DNA of 32,000 nucleotides from Staphylothermus marinus F1 (GCF_000015945.1 NC_009033.1:630001-662000), one strand, 5' to 3'; shown: positions 16,847-25,543, counted from the first letter of the stretch. Program-made: numbers and translations. Notes: generated by a model not told the origin, from the letters alone.

Positions 16847-17382
16847 GCAAACCCAACAACCATAACCCTTCTCAAGACAACCATAATTTTCATAGTTCCC
16901 TAAATAACCATAGTCTCTAAATAAGCGAATAGTCTTTTCAGAGCCATAGCTATTTGTGAAGCTGCAAGAACTAATCCTCCGGGTGTGTGGAGGATTAAAG
17001 CTATTGGTTGATTCTCTGGAGTACTACGTATTGCTCTCAATACTGCTTCAGAATCCTCTATATCGATAAATCTATACATTGGTATTCCTAAGAAGCCTAT
17101 TCGTTCCTATCTATGTATCATTGTTATTACTCTCCAACCATATTTCTTCTCCATGCCTCGTATGATCTTCAACCTAGCACTTTGAAGAGACTTGTATTGT
17201 AGTTGTGGATGAATTATTAAATATAATAGTATTAGCCAAAACAGAAAACTGATTATGTCACCATAACCATCCATGTTCTCACCCTTGATAATCTGGGAAA
17301 AACCTCTACCGAGAAGGTATATGCGGGTATATCAATAAATATTTAGTTTAACAAATAGTGTTTCGGCATTGGTGAAAAATAT

Positions 17383-18015
17383 TTGTTAATAAACAAAGCA
17401 AAACTAGAAAGAATACTGAGCAAGTATCCATCTATTAGTAGACCCAAGAAACAATATGAACAATATGAAACCCCCTCATCAATTGCTGCCTCGATGCTAT
17501 GGCATGCTTTTATTAGAAAGGATATAACAGGTAAGATAATAGCTGATCTGGGATGTGGTAATCTAAAACTGGGTTATGGCGCACTTGTTCTAGGAGCAAA
17601 ACTTGTTGTTGGTATAGATATTGATGAATCCCTAGTTAAACAAGCAGAATCAATACTTAGGGATCTGGGCGGAGATTATTTGGCTAAAACACTACTGATA
17701 AATAGTGACATTAGAGATTTATCAATAAACTCTGTGGATACAGTTATTATGAATCCTCCGTTCGGAGTAGTTAGAAGAAACCATGGATTAGACATATTGT
17801 TTTTGAAGAAAGCAATGGAGATTTCAGAATCCATCTATACAATTCATAAATACTCCCCGGGGCTAACTAGGATTATCGAGGAGCTAGCCAGTGCTTTTGG
17901 TTTTAGAATAGTCTATAATGAACAATTATTGTTTCCAATACCAATGTTGTTCGAAACACATAGGAGGAAGATATATAGAGTTAGAGCAATCTTTTACGTT
18001 TTGAGGAGGAAATAG
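17383..18015 (+). CDS. METTL5-like SAM-dependent (N6-adenine type) RNA methyltransferase
   Basis: YEQYETPSSIAASML, DLGCGNLKLGYGA and MNPPFG motifs. ~210 aa. TTG start. Confidence 0.65.
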   Translation: MLINKAKLERILSKYPSISRPKKQYEQYETPSSIAASMLWHAFIRKDITGKIIADLGCGNLKLGYGALVLGAKLVVGIDIDESLVKQAESILRDLGGDYLAKTLLINSDIRDLSINSVDTVIMNPPFGVVRRNHGLDILFLKKAMEISESIYTIHKYSPGLTRIIEELASAFGFRIVYNEQLLFPIPMLFETHRRKIYRVRAIFYVLRRK

Positions 18016-18019
18016 TAGG

Positions 18020-18598
18020 GTGAGGCATGCCATGGAAAGGATTAGGCAGGGAGTACTGGTGTTGCCTGGAGATGTTATAGGTGTGGAAGAAGAATATTTT
18101 CCAGGGCAAGGAGTTTATGTGAACGGTAAAGGATATCTACGCTCCCAACTAATTGGTAGAGTATTAATAGATATTGTTAAGAGAACAATAAATGTTAGGA
18201 ATATTCATGGTAAACCATATGTTCCAAAAGCAGGCGATATAGTTGAAGGAATAGTATCAAGTGTATCAGAAGATCTAGCCTTTATCGATATATATGCTAT
18301 AGAAGAAAAACCTACAAGAACAACTAGTTTTACAGGTATTCTCCACGTATCACAAGCTAGTTCAGAATATATTGAAACAATGTATGATGCAATGAGAATA
18401 GGCGATATAGTCAGAGCACGAGTAATAAATAGCAATCATCCATTCCAGTTAACAACTAAGGAGCCAAGACTAGGAGTGATCGCAGCTTTCTGTACAAAAT
18501 GCGGATCACTATTGAGGAAACAAGATGATAAACTCGTATGTCCTATATGTGGGAATGTTGAGAAAAGAAAAGTTAGTGCATCATATGTTTTTCGGTGA
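18020..18598 (+). CDS. csl4: Exosome complex RNA-binding subunit Csl4
   Basis: N-terminal domain, central S1-like domain and C-terminal zinc-ribbon CTKCGSLL...CPICG. Confidence 0.85.
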   Translation: MRHAMERIRQGVLVLPGDVIGVEEEYFPGQGVYVNGKGYLRSQLIGRVLIDIVKRTINVRNIHGKPYVPKAGDIVEGIVSSVSEDLAFIDIYAIEEKPTRTTSFTGILHVSQASSEYIETMYDAMRIGDIVRARVINSNHPFQLTTKEPRLGVIAAFCTKCGSLLRKQDDKLVCPICGNVEKRKVSASYVFR

Positions 18599-19233
18599 AT
18601 AACTATATGCCTCTTATTAAAAGATTCTTCTATATTCCATGCAAAGGCGATGAATGCTTTAAACTTGCAGAACTTATACGTGAAAAAGCTCCACAAGTAG
18701 AACTTGTAGAGATCGATATTACTGATACAGGCTTATATATAGAAATGTATGGGTATAGAACAGATATTAAAAATGCATGGGAATACATACGTAGACTTGT
18801 TTCATCAGCAAAAGCATCGGAACAATACGGTAAACAGGGTACTAGGAGAATTAAGATCGAATATTTAGTGGAGAAGAAAAAGAAAACTTTTTCACCAGTA
18901 GTCTTATCTGAAATATTAAAGCATAAAGGATTCAAAGCAGATCTAAGCGATTACAAAGACGAAATAGTCACGGATGCACCGCTAGAGGTAATAGAAGAAA
19001 TAATAGATAATATGTGGGATATTCTCGAGAAGATCAAATATGATGTTCGCGGAACAACGACGAAATATTTCGTAACGATTGCTTCTATTCTCACAAATAA
19101 GGATCCTCAAGAAGTTATTATGAAAGCTTATAGTATCGGCTTATTATTTAAAGATGAAGATGAAAAATATAGGTTGAGAAAGGAGTGGAGAAAAGCTATA
19201 AGCGAGTTTCTCAATAAGGTAATGTCTAAGTAA
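18595..19233 (+). CDS. Conserved hypothetical protein between csl4 and rpoL
   Basis: 212-aa ORF overlapping the csl4 stop. No motif that I can assign. The true start may be the ATG at 18607. Confidence 0.5.
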   Translation: MNNYMPLIKRFFYIPCKGDECFKLAELIREKAPQVELVEIDITDTGLYIEMYGYRTDIKNAWEYIRRLVSSAKASEQYGKQGTRRIKIEYLVEKKKKTFSPVVLSEILKHKGFKADLSDYKDEIVTDAPLEVIEEIIDNMWDILEKIKYDVRGTTTKYFVTIASILTNKDPQEVIMKAYSIGLLFKDEDEKYRLRKEWRKAISEFLNKVMSK

Positions 19234-19254
19234 CTATTGCGTGGTGTAGATGAT

Positions 19255-19530
19255 ATGGAGCTTAAAGTATTAAAGAAAACCGATACGGAAATTATTATTG
19301 AGATTATAGGGGAAGACGATACTCTCGGAAACCTAATTGCTAAAGAAGCAATGAAGCATCCTAAGGTAGTATATGCATCTTATAGAATTCCTCATCCTCT
19401 TCAAAACAGGCTTGAAATAATAATTAATGTAGAGCCGGGAGCTAATATCAGTGAAGTATTGCTTGAAATAACTGAGAATATACGTAAATTTTTGAGAGAA
19501 TTCAAGAAAGAAGTAGAGGAAAAACTATGA
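19255..19530 (+). CDS. rpoL: DNA-directed RNA polymerase subunit L (Rpo11)
   Basis: MELKVLKKTDTEIIIEIIGEDDTLGNLIAKEAMKHPKVVYASYRIPHPL is the canonical RpoL pattern. I start at ATG 19255 rather than TTG 19237. Confidence 0.85.
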   Translation: MELKVLKKTDTEIIIEIIGEDDTLGNLIAKEAMKHPKVVYASYRIPHPLQNRLEIIINVEPGANISEVLLEITENIRKFLREFKKEVEEKL

Positions 19531-19590
19531 ATAAGATTAAGCCTGAATCTAGGATCTTAGTATATGCATATAATAATATAACCCATATAT

Positions 19591-19879
19591 ATGCTGTATA
19601 TAGGAGAAATTTTTAGAAGAGCTCAGAATATTTCATACGAATGAAATCTTAGATCATATTCATGGATTAAATAAATTATTCACTAAAGAAGAACTTTCAT
19701 ACTATATAATCTGTAGTGATAATAAATACGAGAAAATATTTCCTAGCCTAAGAATTTTGGAAGGCTCCAACTACATGGTTTTAAAAAACATGTATTGCAA
19801 TATGATTAAGCCCTTCCTTAAATGTTTAGAGTATTTCTCGGCAAAACAAGTTGGTGTGAATTCTATTATACAATGCTAA
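19591..19879 (+). pseudogene. Possible frameshifted small gene (~96 aa if one T of the T5 run 19610-19614 is removed)
   Basis: ATG at 19591 (AT-rich TATA-like ATATAATAATATA about 15-25 nt upstream) is open for only 17 codons. The +1 frame is stop-free for 91 codons (19604-19879) but has no canonical start near its beginning. Confidence 0.3.
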
Positions 19880-19979
19880 TTAAGCATCGCAAGATAATAT
19901 TATTAGGTATTATTTTTATTTTCATAGAGAAGAATAGCAAGAGTATAATCTCTAAAATTACAGTAAGAGATGAGAAAAA

Positions 19980-20327
19980 ATGCCTAAGTTTTGTCCACGA
20001 TGCGGAGGAATTATGAAGCCTGTAAGGAAGGGAGACACATATTATTTAGTATGTACTAGATGTGGATATAGAGTAAAAGCTACGGAGAAGGATCTGAAAC
20101 TTTACCGTATATCTGTTAAGATCGAGCATAGTAATAAGGAGAAAACTGTTGTTGTAGATGAGGAGGAACGATTACGGGGACTACCTATTACTAGAGAAGT
20201 GACTTGTCCTAAATGCGGTTATCATGAGGCATATTATTGGATAGTTCAAACAAGAGCTGCTGACGAACCACCCACAAGATTCTATAAGTGTAGAAGATGT
20301 GGTTATGTTTGGAGGGAATATGAATGA
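19980..20327 (+). CDS. tfs: Transcription factor S (TFS / RpoM-like)
   Basis: N-terminal zinc-ribbon CPRCGG...CTRCGY and C-terminal CPKCG...QTRAADEPPTRFYKCRRCG, the TFIIS-type ribbon with its acidic loop. Confidence 0.9.
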   Translation: MPKFCPRCGGIMKPVRKGDTYYLVCTRCGYRVKATEKDLKLYRISVKIEHSNKEKTVVVDEEERLRGLPITREVTCPKCGYHEAYYWIVQTRAADEPPTRFYKCRRCGYVWREYE

Positions 20328-20494
20328 CAAGGGATAATAGATGTATCGATAGAGAATTATTTGAAAAGTTTCTTGACCAGCTAGACGATATATTGTTGGA
20401 AGCATATTATTCTACTCCCCCATATATAGCTTCGAAAACACTTGTTAAGAGAGCAAAAGAACTTGTCCAATCACTACTTGAAACCCTCGGCTAA
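20324..20494 (+). CDS. Small hypothetical protein (56 aa), translationally coupled to tfs
   Basis: ATGA start/stop overlap with tfs. MTRDNRCIDRELFEKFLDQLDDILLEAYYSTPPYIASKTLVKRAKELVQSLLETLG looks helical and is not low-complexity. It is below the ORF-track length cutoff. Confidence 0.35.
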   Translation: MTRDNRCIDRELFEKFLDQLDDILLEAYYSTPPYIASKTLVKRAKELVQSLLETLG

Positions 20495-20580
20495 ATAAAT
20501 CCTGATAATGGATAAAAATAATACTTTCAACCCCATAATTTTATACTTGGTTACTTATCTAAAAATGAGGTGTTACATTT

Positions 20581-21327
20581 ATGAGGCTTAGATTCGCTGA
20601 TGCTCGTGCTTGGCGTTATGCTATGAACGCTATTGGTAAAATAATAGATGAGGGAGCATATAAGATCCAGGAAAACGGTATTAGGCTCCGAGCTATTGAT
20701 CCATCAAGAATAGTTATGGTTGACTTCTATATTCCCCGCGAAGGACTACTAGAATACGAATTCGATAAAGAAGAAACTATAGGAGTCAATATGGAGGATT
20801 TAACAAAAATTCTGAGAAGAGCTGTTAAAGGAGATGAGCTAGAGCTTCGAACACTAGAGGCTGGAAGATTAGCAGTAATTTTTCTAGGACGTGGAACAAG
20901 AATGTTTATTATACCAAGCCTAGAAACAATCGCTGAAGAATTACCCGAACTAAAAATACCGTTTACAGTTAAAGCCAAAATGTTGCCTTCAACTTTTAGA
21001 GATGTGGTTAAGGAATTAGAGCCTATAAGTGATGCTATAGAGTTTAGAGCTATTAAGGATGAACAGAAAATTATAGCGAAAGCTTCGGGGGACATTGTTG
21101 AAGCGGAAATAGAATTAAGCATTGAAAATGGTGCGCTCATAGATTTTGAGGCTTCAGAAGATGCTAGAGCAATATATACTATAGATTACTTATCAGATAT
21201 CTCCGGAGCATCACAAGCAGCTGAGGAGCTAACATTCGAGTTTGCAACAGCTGTTCCATGCAAAATAGAATATACTCTTCCACAAGAGGGAAGGTTAACA
21301 TTCTATGTCGCGCCAAGAGTCGAGTAA
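20581..21327 (+). CDS. pcn: DNA polymerase sliding clamp PCNA
   Basis: 248 aa with a two-domain PCNA pattern (MRLRFADARAWRYAMNAIGKIIDEGAY...). SD GAGGTG at 20567-20572. Confidence 0.9.
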   Translation: MRLRFADARAWRYAMNAIGKIIDEGAYKIQENGIRLRAIDPSRIVMVDFYIPREGLLEYEFDKEETIGVNMEDLTKILRRAVKGDELELRTLEAGRLAVIFLGRGTRMFIIPSLETIAEELPELKIPFTVKAKMLPSTFRDVVKELEPISDAIEFRAIKDEQKIIAKASGDIVEAEIELSIENGALIDFEASEDARAIYTIDYLSDISGASQAAEELTFEFATAVPCKIEYTLPQEGRLTFYVAPRVE

Positions 21328-22438
21328 TAAGTTTTTCATCAAAAAAATCCTTAGAGAATATTATTCGCGGAAACCATTAGAGGAACCACTGTATATTCAT
21401 AAGAGAGAAATAGCTATTCACAGTCTTGAGGATGAAGCATATATTAGGCATTTATCTTTTCCTTCAATAACTCATTTATATAATTTTATATTAAACGAGA
21501 AAACCCCTCTACATCTCTATTATTCATCAGCATATTATGAATCGCCATCAGTTAATAAAATGGAGCTTAAGGGATGGATAGGATCAGATCTAATGTTTGA
21601 TCTAGACTCCGACCACTATCCAGGATGCGATAAGATCTTATCAATATGCATAGAAGAGAACACAATATATGATGGAAAAATAAAGACGTGCCCAAAAACA
21701 GAATCTAAACCAGTAATTCACCCATTAATTAAAACAGAATGCATTCAGAAAGCATACCGAGACGCATTAAGAATCAAGTATATATTAGAAGACGAGCTTG
21801 GATTAAAAAATATCAAAATATATTTTTCGGGAAACAGGGGATTCCATGTGAAAGTAATCGATGAGAAAATCTGGGATCTAGAAAGTGATGAAAGACGAGA
21901 AATAGCATCTTACATATCACTTGAAAACTTTGATATCAATAAATTATTTCCAGTAATAGGTAAGAGAAAAAAATACGTTATTATCACAAGGAATGAACAT
22001 GGAATAAGAAAGAGAGTCCTAGACTATGTGATCAAAAACAATATAGTTAATGGAAATGAATTATTTATTAAACTCCCCCTAAAACTTCTGGAAGAAACAA
22101 TCAATGACCTAACAATACCTATAGATATAGTTGTTACAATGGATATTTCTAGATTATCCAGGTTCGGAAACTCCATAAATGGAAAATCAGGATTAATAAC
22201 GAAGCTTATAGAGCCATTGGATAATTACGAGTTCGACATAAATGATTTCTGTCCTTGGAGCGGTAATATAGTTGTTAAGCCTCTGATCGATATTTCTGGT
22301 TTACAAGTTTTTGATGAAAAAATTGATTTAAAGAGAGGTGTGAAGAAGATTCTCGATTCGAAGATTGCTGTTTATCTTACTTTAAAAGGTATTGTTAAAA
22401 TAATTAGTGATGAAAAATTGGTGATTAAAAATGTATGA
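21305..22438 (+). CDS. priS: DNA primase small (catalytic) subunit PriS
   Basis: Catalytic motifs DLMFDLDSDH and FSGNRGFHV, plus a Cys-containing insertion. Overlaps the PCNA 3' end. Confidence 0.85.
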   Translation: MSRQESSNKFFIKKILREYYSRKPLEEPLYIHKREIAIHSLEDEAYIRHLSFPSITHLYNFILNEKTPLHLYYSSAYYESPSVNKMELKGWIGSDLMFDLDSDHYPGCDKILSICIEENTIYDGKIKTCPKTESKPVIHPLIKTECIQKAYRDALRIKYILEDELGLKNIKIYFSGNRGFHVKVIDEKIWDLESDERREIASYISLENFDINKLFPVIGKRKKYVIITRNEHGIRKRVLDYVIKNNIVNGNELFIKLPLKLLEETINDLTIPIDIVVTMDISRLSRFGNSINGKSGLITKLIEPLDNYEFDINDFCPWSGNIVVKPLIDISGLQVFDEKIDLKRGVKKILDSKIAVYLTLKGIVKIISDEKLVIKNV

Positions 22439-22928
22439 TGTCTTCCTACGATTGATTAGAGAAGAGATAGGATCAGATAAGATAACATTGATTCATCCAG
22501 CAAAGATCCAGGAATATGAATCATTTATTAAGAATAATATGGGAGACTTAATATATATGAGTAAAGACTCTAAGAAGTTATTTAATAAGGTATTAGAAAA
22601 CATTGTTTATGATGCAGAATTACTTATTAGATTAAGGCTTGCCAAGAAATCTCTTGGAAGCGATCATCCAGATGAAGCTATTGATAAGTTTATATTGGAT
22701 AAAATTAACAGCATAGTTGATTTCGCAAAACTATATATTTCAAAGTTTCTTCTTGGAACAGGTGATAAATTAATTGTTAAGTGTAAGAAAGAATGCTACG
22801 TTGAAAACAGAAAATATATGCCAGGAGACATTGTTTTTATGAAGGCTGAGAAAGCACTTATCAATTATATAGAGGGTAATATAGAGTTATTTATTAATCC
22901 ATATTTGGAACAAATACTACATCAATAA
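22431..22928 (+). CDS. GINS subunit-like protein (Gins15/Gins51-type), by context and helical N-domain
   Basis: 165-aa ORF overlapping the priS stop. From memory, Gins15 is co-operonic with PriS in Sulfolobus. The N-terminal pattern LIREEIGSDKITLIHPAKIQEYESFI resembles a GINS A-domain. Confidence 0.5.
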   Translation: MYDVFLRLIREEIGSDKITLIHPAKIQEYESFIKNNMGDLIYMSKDSKKLFNKVLENIVYDAELLIRLRLAKKSLGSDHPDEAIDKFILDKINSIVDFAKLYISKFLLGTGDKLIVKCKKECYVENRKYMPGDIVFMKAEKALINYIEGNIELFINPYLEQILHQ

Positions 22929-23357
22929 CTGTGATACTAGTAAAACATATGATAGTATCGATAACGATAATAATGAAGCTATGAGAGCTAAATAGATCGA
23001 TAATGTTCTTCTGTCCCTTAACATTCTGAACCCTCTAGGTCTCAGAGATGGTGCAAAGTGTGGTATTAAATAAGCTATGAAAGCGTTCACAAGCATCAAC
23101 ACGGTTATTAATATTGATGTTCCAATATATCTGACACCATATAATTGGGGATTAAGAGAATAGTTTAGGAAGGTTCTATACCAGTTTGGTATAACTATTA
23201 TTGTTATTAGAAACACTATTGCGAGAATAAGCGTGGATACTTTCTCTATTACATACCCATATTCTAATAGATGACCTAGCAACTCCTTTTTTATCCTAGT
23301 CATTCCAACCACACTATCCATCGGTTTATTCCTTACCGGAATAAAATACGATTTCAA
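22917..23357 (-). CDS. Small integral membrane protein (about 4 TM), unknown function
   Basis: 146-aa ORF with several long hydrophobic segments. Convergent with the GINS-like gene, 12-nt tail overlap. Confidence 0.5.
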   Translation of the reverse strand: MKSYFIPVRNKPMDSVVGMTRIKKELLGHLLEYGYVIEKVSTLILAIVFLITIIVIPNWYRTFLNYSLNPQLYGVRYIGTSILITVLMLVNAFIAYLIPHFAPSLRPRGFRMLRDRRTLSIYLALIASLLSLSILSYVLLVSQLLM

Positions 23358-23461
23358 GATTAAAAATAATTGTTTTATCTTATTGAAGGAAACAATTTTA
23401 ATTTATTACGGCTATTTCGTATTTACTAGTTGTTAAGTAGTTGTTTGGAAGAAGGGGATAA

Positions 23462-25516
23462 ATGATGAAGAATAATAGGTTTGTTATTGAAGTGGTTGTA
23501 GGTATTATTTTATTAGCGATCGGTGTTTTTGGCTATATTTGGATTAGTTATTATATGAATCAGTACCGAGATGTTCCTGATGATATGGTTTCATGGTTTC
23601 ATCTACATGTTATCCAGTATTTTAGCGGTGGCCATAATCCTGTATCTGATACTTATCTCAGATTTATTGATGGAAGAAACTTGTTATTGTCTCCAATACT
23701 TTTAGATTTATTTGTTGTGAAAATGAATTTGTCTCCTTGGATGACTGTTGTTATTTTATCACTAGTATATATTTTCCTAGTCTTCACTGTCTCGTATTTA
23801 ATTTCTAAAAATATGTATGTAGCTGGTTTCTCAACGATGTTGTTCAGTTTTATGCCTGCTTTTATTTATTGGTTTAAATATAATATGTTTGGAGCGTATG
23901 TTTCACAGTCTTTATGGCTAGTTGTACCGATACTTCTAGGTTTAGGGCTTAGATATAATCGGTTATACTTAATTGTGTTAGGCAGTATATTGTCTGGAAT
24001 ATTGTGGCTTATGTGGCCTGGTGCTTGGATTATACTTGTGGTGTATTCTATTTATTTATCAGCTCTTATATATAAGGGAACTATTTTTCGTGAATCATTA
24101 TTGACTGGGTTACTGTTACTGGTTTTCTCTCTACCATTAAATGTTTTAACTGGGTTCCTTTATCTTACTGTATATCATATTTTCAGCTTAGTTCTTCTAG
24201 TATCGAATATTGTGATAGGTTATATTGAGTATAGAGTTACACGTGTAGTTGGAGAATATTCTAGGTTTGCTTGGAGAATTATTGGTAGTATAATGGGTTA
24301 TGCTATTGGGTTGGCATCGGCTTTTCTATTACTTGATTTTATTTCTGGTTATGGAGTCTATGAGGATTATTATAGACTTTATAATCCTCTATATGATTAT
24401 GGTATCATAGGGATATTATCTATTATAGCGATCATAGCTGTTGTTCGTAGTCATATACTTGTTGATCTGAAGAATAACTTTTTAGAATTTGTTCTTATAG
24501 CTGGCTTCATTATAGGTTTGATAGCTTCATATTTTGATCCAACGCTCACAGTATTTACTGCATCATGCATAGTGCCATTTGTATCGTTGAGTTTAATAAG
24601 TATTGCATCTTTCTTATCGAGCACGAGTAGAGGCTGGCATAGAGTAGTTTACATAGTTGTCGCTGCATGGATACTGTTTGGAAGCATATTAGGCAATGCT
24701 ATACCCTCATACGCGTTAATAACTACGCCTCCAAGCGTCTATTATGGTGATTTCACATATGAAATCCTCCATAACAAATCAATACCTGAAAGCCCATTAC
24801 TGAAGGCTCTCAGCTATATCATGAATAATACTGATCGGGAATCATTGATTATATCGTATTGGGGATTCAGCTACTGGATTATCGGATATATTGGTGGTAA
24901 AGCACATACTCTTGCAGATTATAAGGGTAGTTTAAGAGGTCAAAGAATTATTTCATGGATTATGATGAGCGATGAAAATACAGCTTATCAATTGATAAAG
25001 AAGCTGATCGGAAACGATAGTAATATAGATGTATATGTACTTGTTTCAGAAGTTGTCAGTATTGAGAAAGGAGGAGCGACACCATTAGCTAATAATGCTC
25101 ATATAGGCAGGCCAATTGTGATCCCCTCTCAAACAACTGGTCAAACACAAGTGTTATATCAGCCAGTAGGTGATATAGCTAGAATACCATTATATTTATC
25201 GCTTATTAACGCCTCTATACAGTCATATCTAGACTATACAAAGGCTAGAGCCTATTTCGAAGTACCTCTTGCATGGAAAGATAATACAAAACAATCACTT
25301 GTAGTCAAATTAGTAGTTGATGCTTTGAGAAGGGAATCATTAAGCGTTATCAATGATGTATTATCTCCTATACCAGTAGAGGGGGTTTCTCCGCCTCAAT
25401 TCTTTAAGCATGTATCAACAATAATGCTTCCACTATACCCTGTCGATACAGGGACAACAACACTTAATGTCACATATATGGTTGCTCTTTATAAGGTTGA
25501 AACAAATATATCATAG
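23462..25516 (+). CDS. STT3/AglB-like oligosaccharyltransferase-family membrane protein with divergent catalytic motif
   Basis: 684 aa, about 13 TM N-terminal region plus a soluble C-terminal domain. First-loop acidic motif VPDDMVSWFHLH. ISYWGFSYWIIGY aligns to the WWDYGYWI block. Confidence 0.55.
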   Translation: MMKNNRFVIEVVVGIILLAIGVFGYIWISYYMNQYRDVPDDMVSWFHLHVIQYFSGGHNPVSDTYLRFIDGRNLLLSPILLDLFVVKMNLSPWMTVVILSLVYIFLVFTVSYLISKNMYVAGFSTMLFSFMPAFIYWFKYNMFGAYVSQSLWLVVPILLGLGLRYNRLYLIVLGSILSGILWLMWPGAWIILVVYSIYLSALIYKGTIFRESLLTGLLLLVFSLPLNVLTGFLYLTVYHIFSLVLLVSNIVIGYIEYRVTRVVGEYSRFAWRIIGSIMGYAIGLASAFLLLDFISGYGVYEDYYRLYNPLYDYGIIGILSIIAIIAVVRSHILVDLKNNFLEFVLIAGFIIGLIASYFDPTLTVFTASCIVPFVSLSLISIASFLSSTSRGWHRVVYIVVAAWILFGSILGNAIPSYALITTPPSVYYGDFTYEILHNKSIPESPLLKALSYIMNNTDRESLIISYWGFSYWIIGYIGGKAHTLADYKGSLRGQRIISWIMMSDENTAYQLIKKLIGNDSNIDVYVLVSEVVSIEKGGATPLANNAHIGRPIVIPSQTTGQTQVLYQPVGDIARIPLYLSLINASIQSYLDYTKARAYFEVPLAWKDNTKQSLVVKLVVDALRRESLSVINDVLSPIPVEGVSPPQFFKHVSTIMLPLYPVDTGTTTLNVTYMVALYKVETNIS

Positions 25517-25543
25517 AGAAAAACGCATAGGAGGGTTATAGAG

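Larger units (their letters stand above)
16698..16935. repeat. Bipartite repeat element, copy 2 (inserted in protease gene)
   Basis: Same orientation as copy 1. The first 110 nt are identical. There are five transitions over the next ~50 nt through the TATA-like box, then a more diverged tail with AACCATA repeats. Confidence 0.9.
16179..17274 (-). pseudogene. Disrupted ClpP-class periplasmic serine protease (SDH/DUF114-type): premature TAG plus 238-bp repeat insertion
   Basis: ATG at 17274: MDGYGDIISF...WRVITMIHR, then an in-frame TAG (17107-17109). The frame continues ERIGFLGIPMYRFIDIEDSEAVLRAIRSTPENQPIALILHTPGGLVLAASQIAMALK to 16936. The repeat occupies 16698-16935. The frame resumes HKGKKIVIVPHYAMSGGTLIALAADETIMDP... 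to the stop at 16179. Confidence 0.8.

Noticed and set aside
16698-16935. The idea that the 238-nt insert is a bulge-helix-bulge mRNA intron (as in crenarchaeal cbf5) and the protease gene is functional
   Set aside because: Frame restoration is compatible with this idea, but three things argue against it. I could not find the required exon-intron pairing forming two 3-nt bulges around a 4-bp helix at the junctions. The same element also occurs outside any gene in the same sense (copy 1). The gene also carries an independent in-frame TAG at 17107-17109.
14243-16935. The two direct repeats as attL/attR of an integrated element, or borders of a composite transposon
   Set aside because: The 2.2 kb between them encodes core single-copy functions (rpl10e, dph2) plus the 3' half of the split protease gene. 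There is no integrase, transposase or foreign-looking content, and the protease halves flank only copy 2.
17107-17109. In-frame TAG as pyrrolysine or programmed read-through
   Set aside because: There is no reason to expect Pyl machinery in a crenarchaeon, and the gene is additionally interrupted by the repeat. Pseudogenisation is the simpler explanation.
19822-20016. Track ORF of 64 aa overlapping the tfs start
   Set aside because: It is out of frame with both the long stop-free frame (19604-19879) and tfs, has an AT-rich low-complexity translation, and would overlap the well-supported tfs start.
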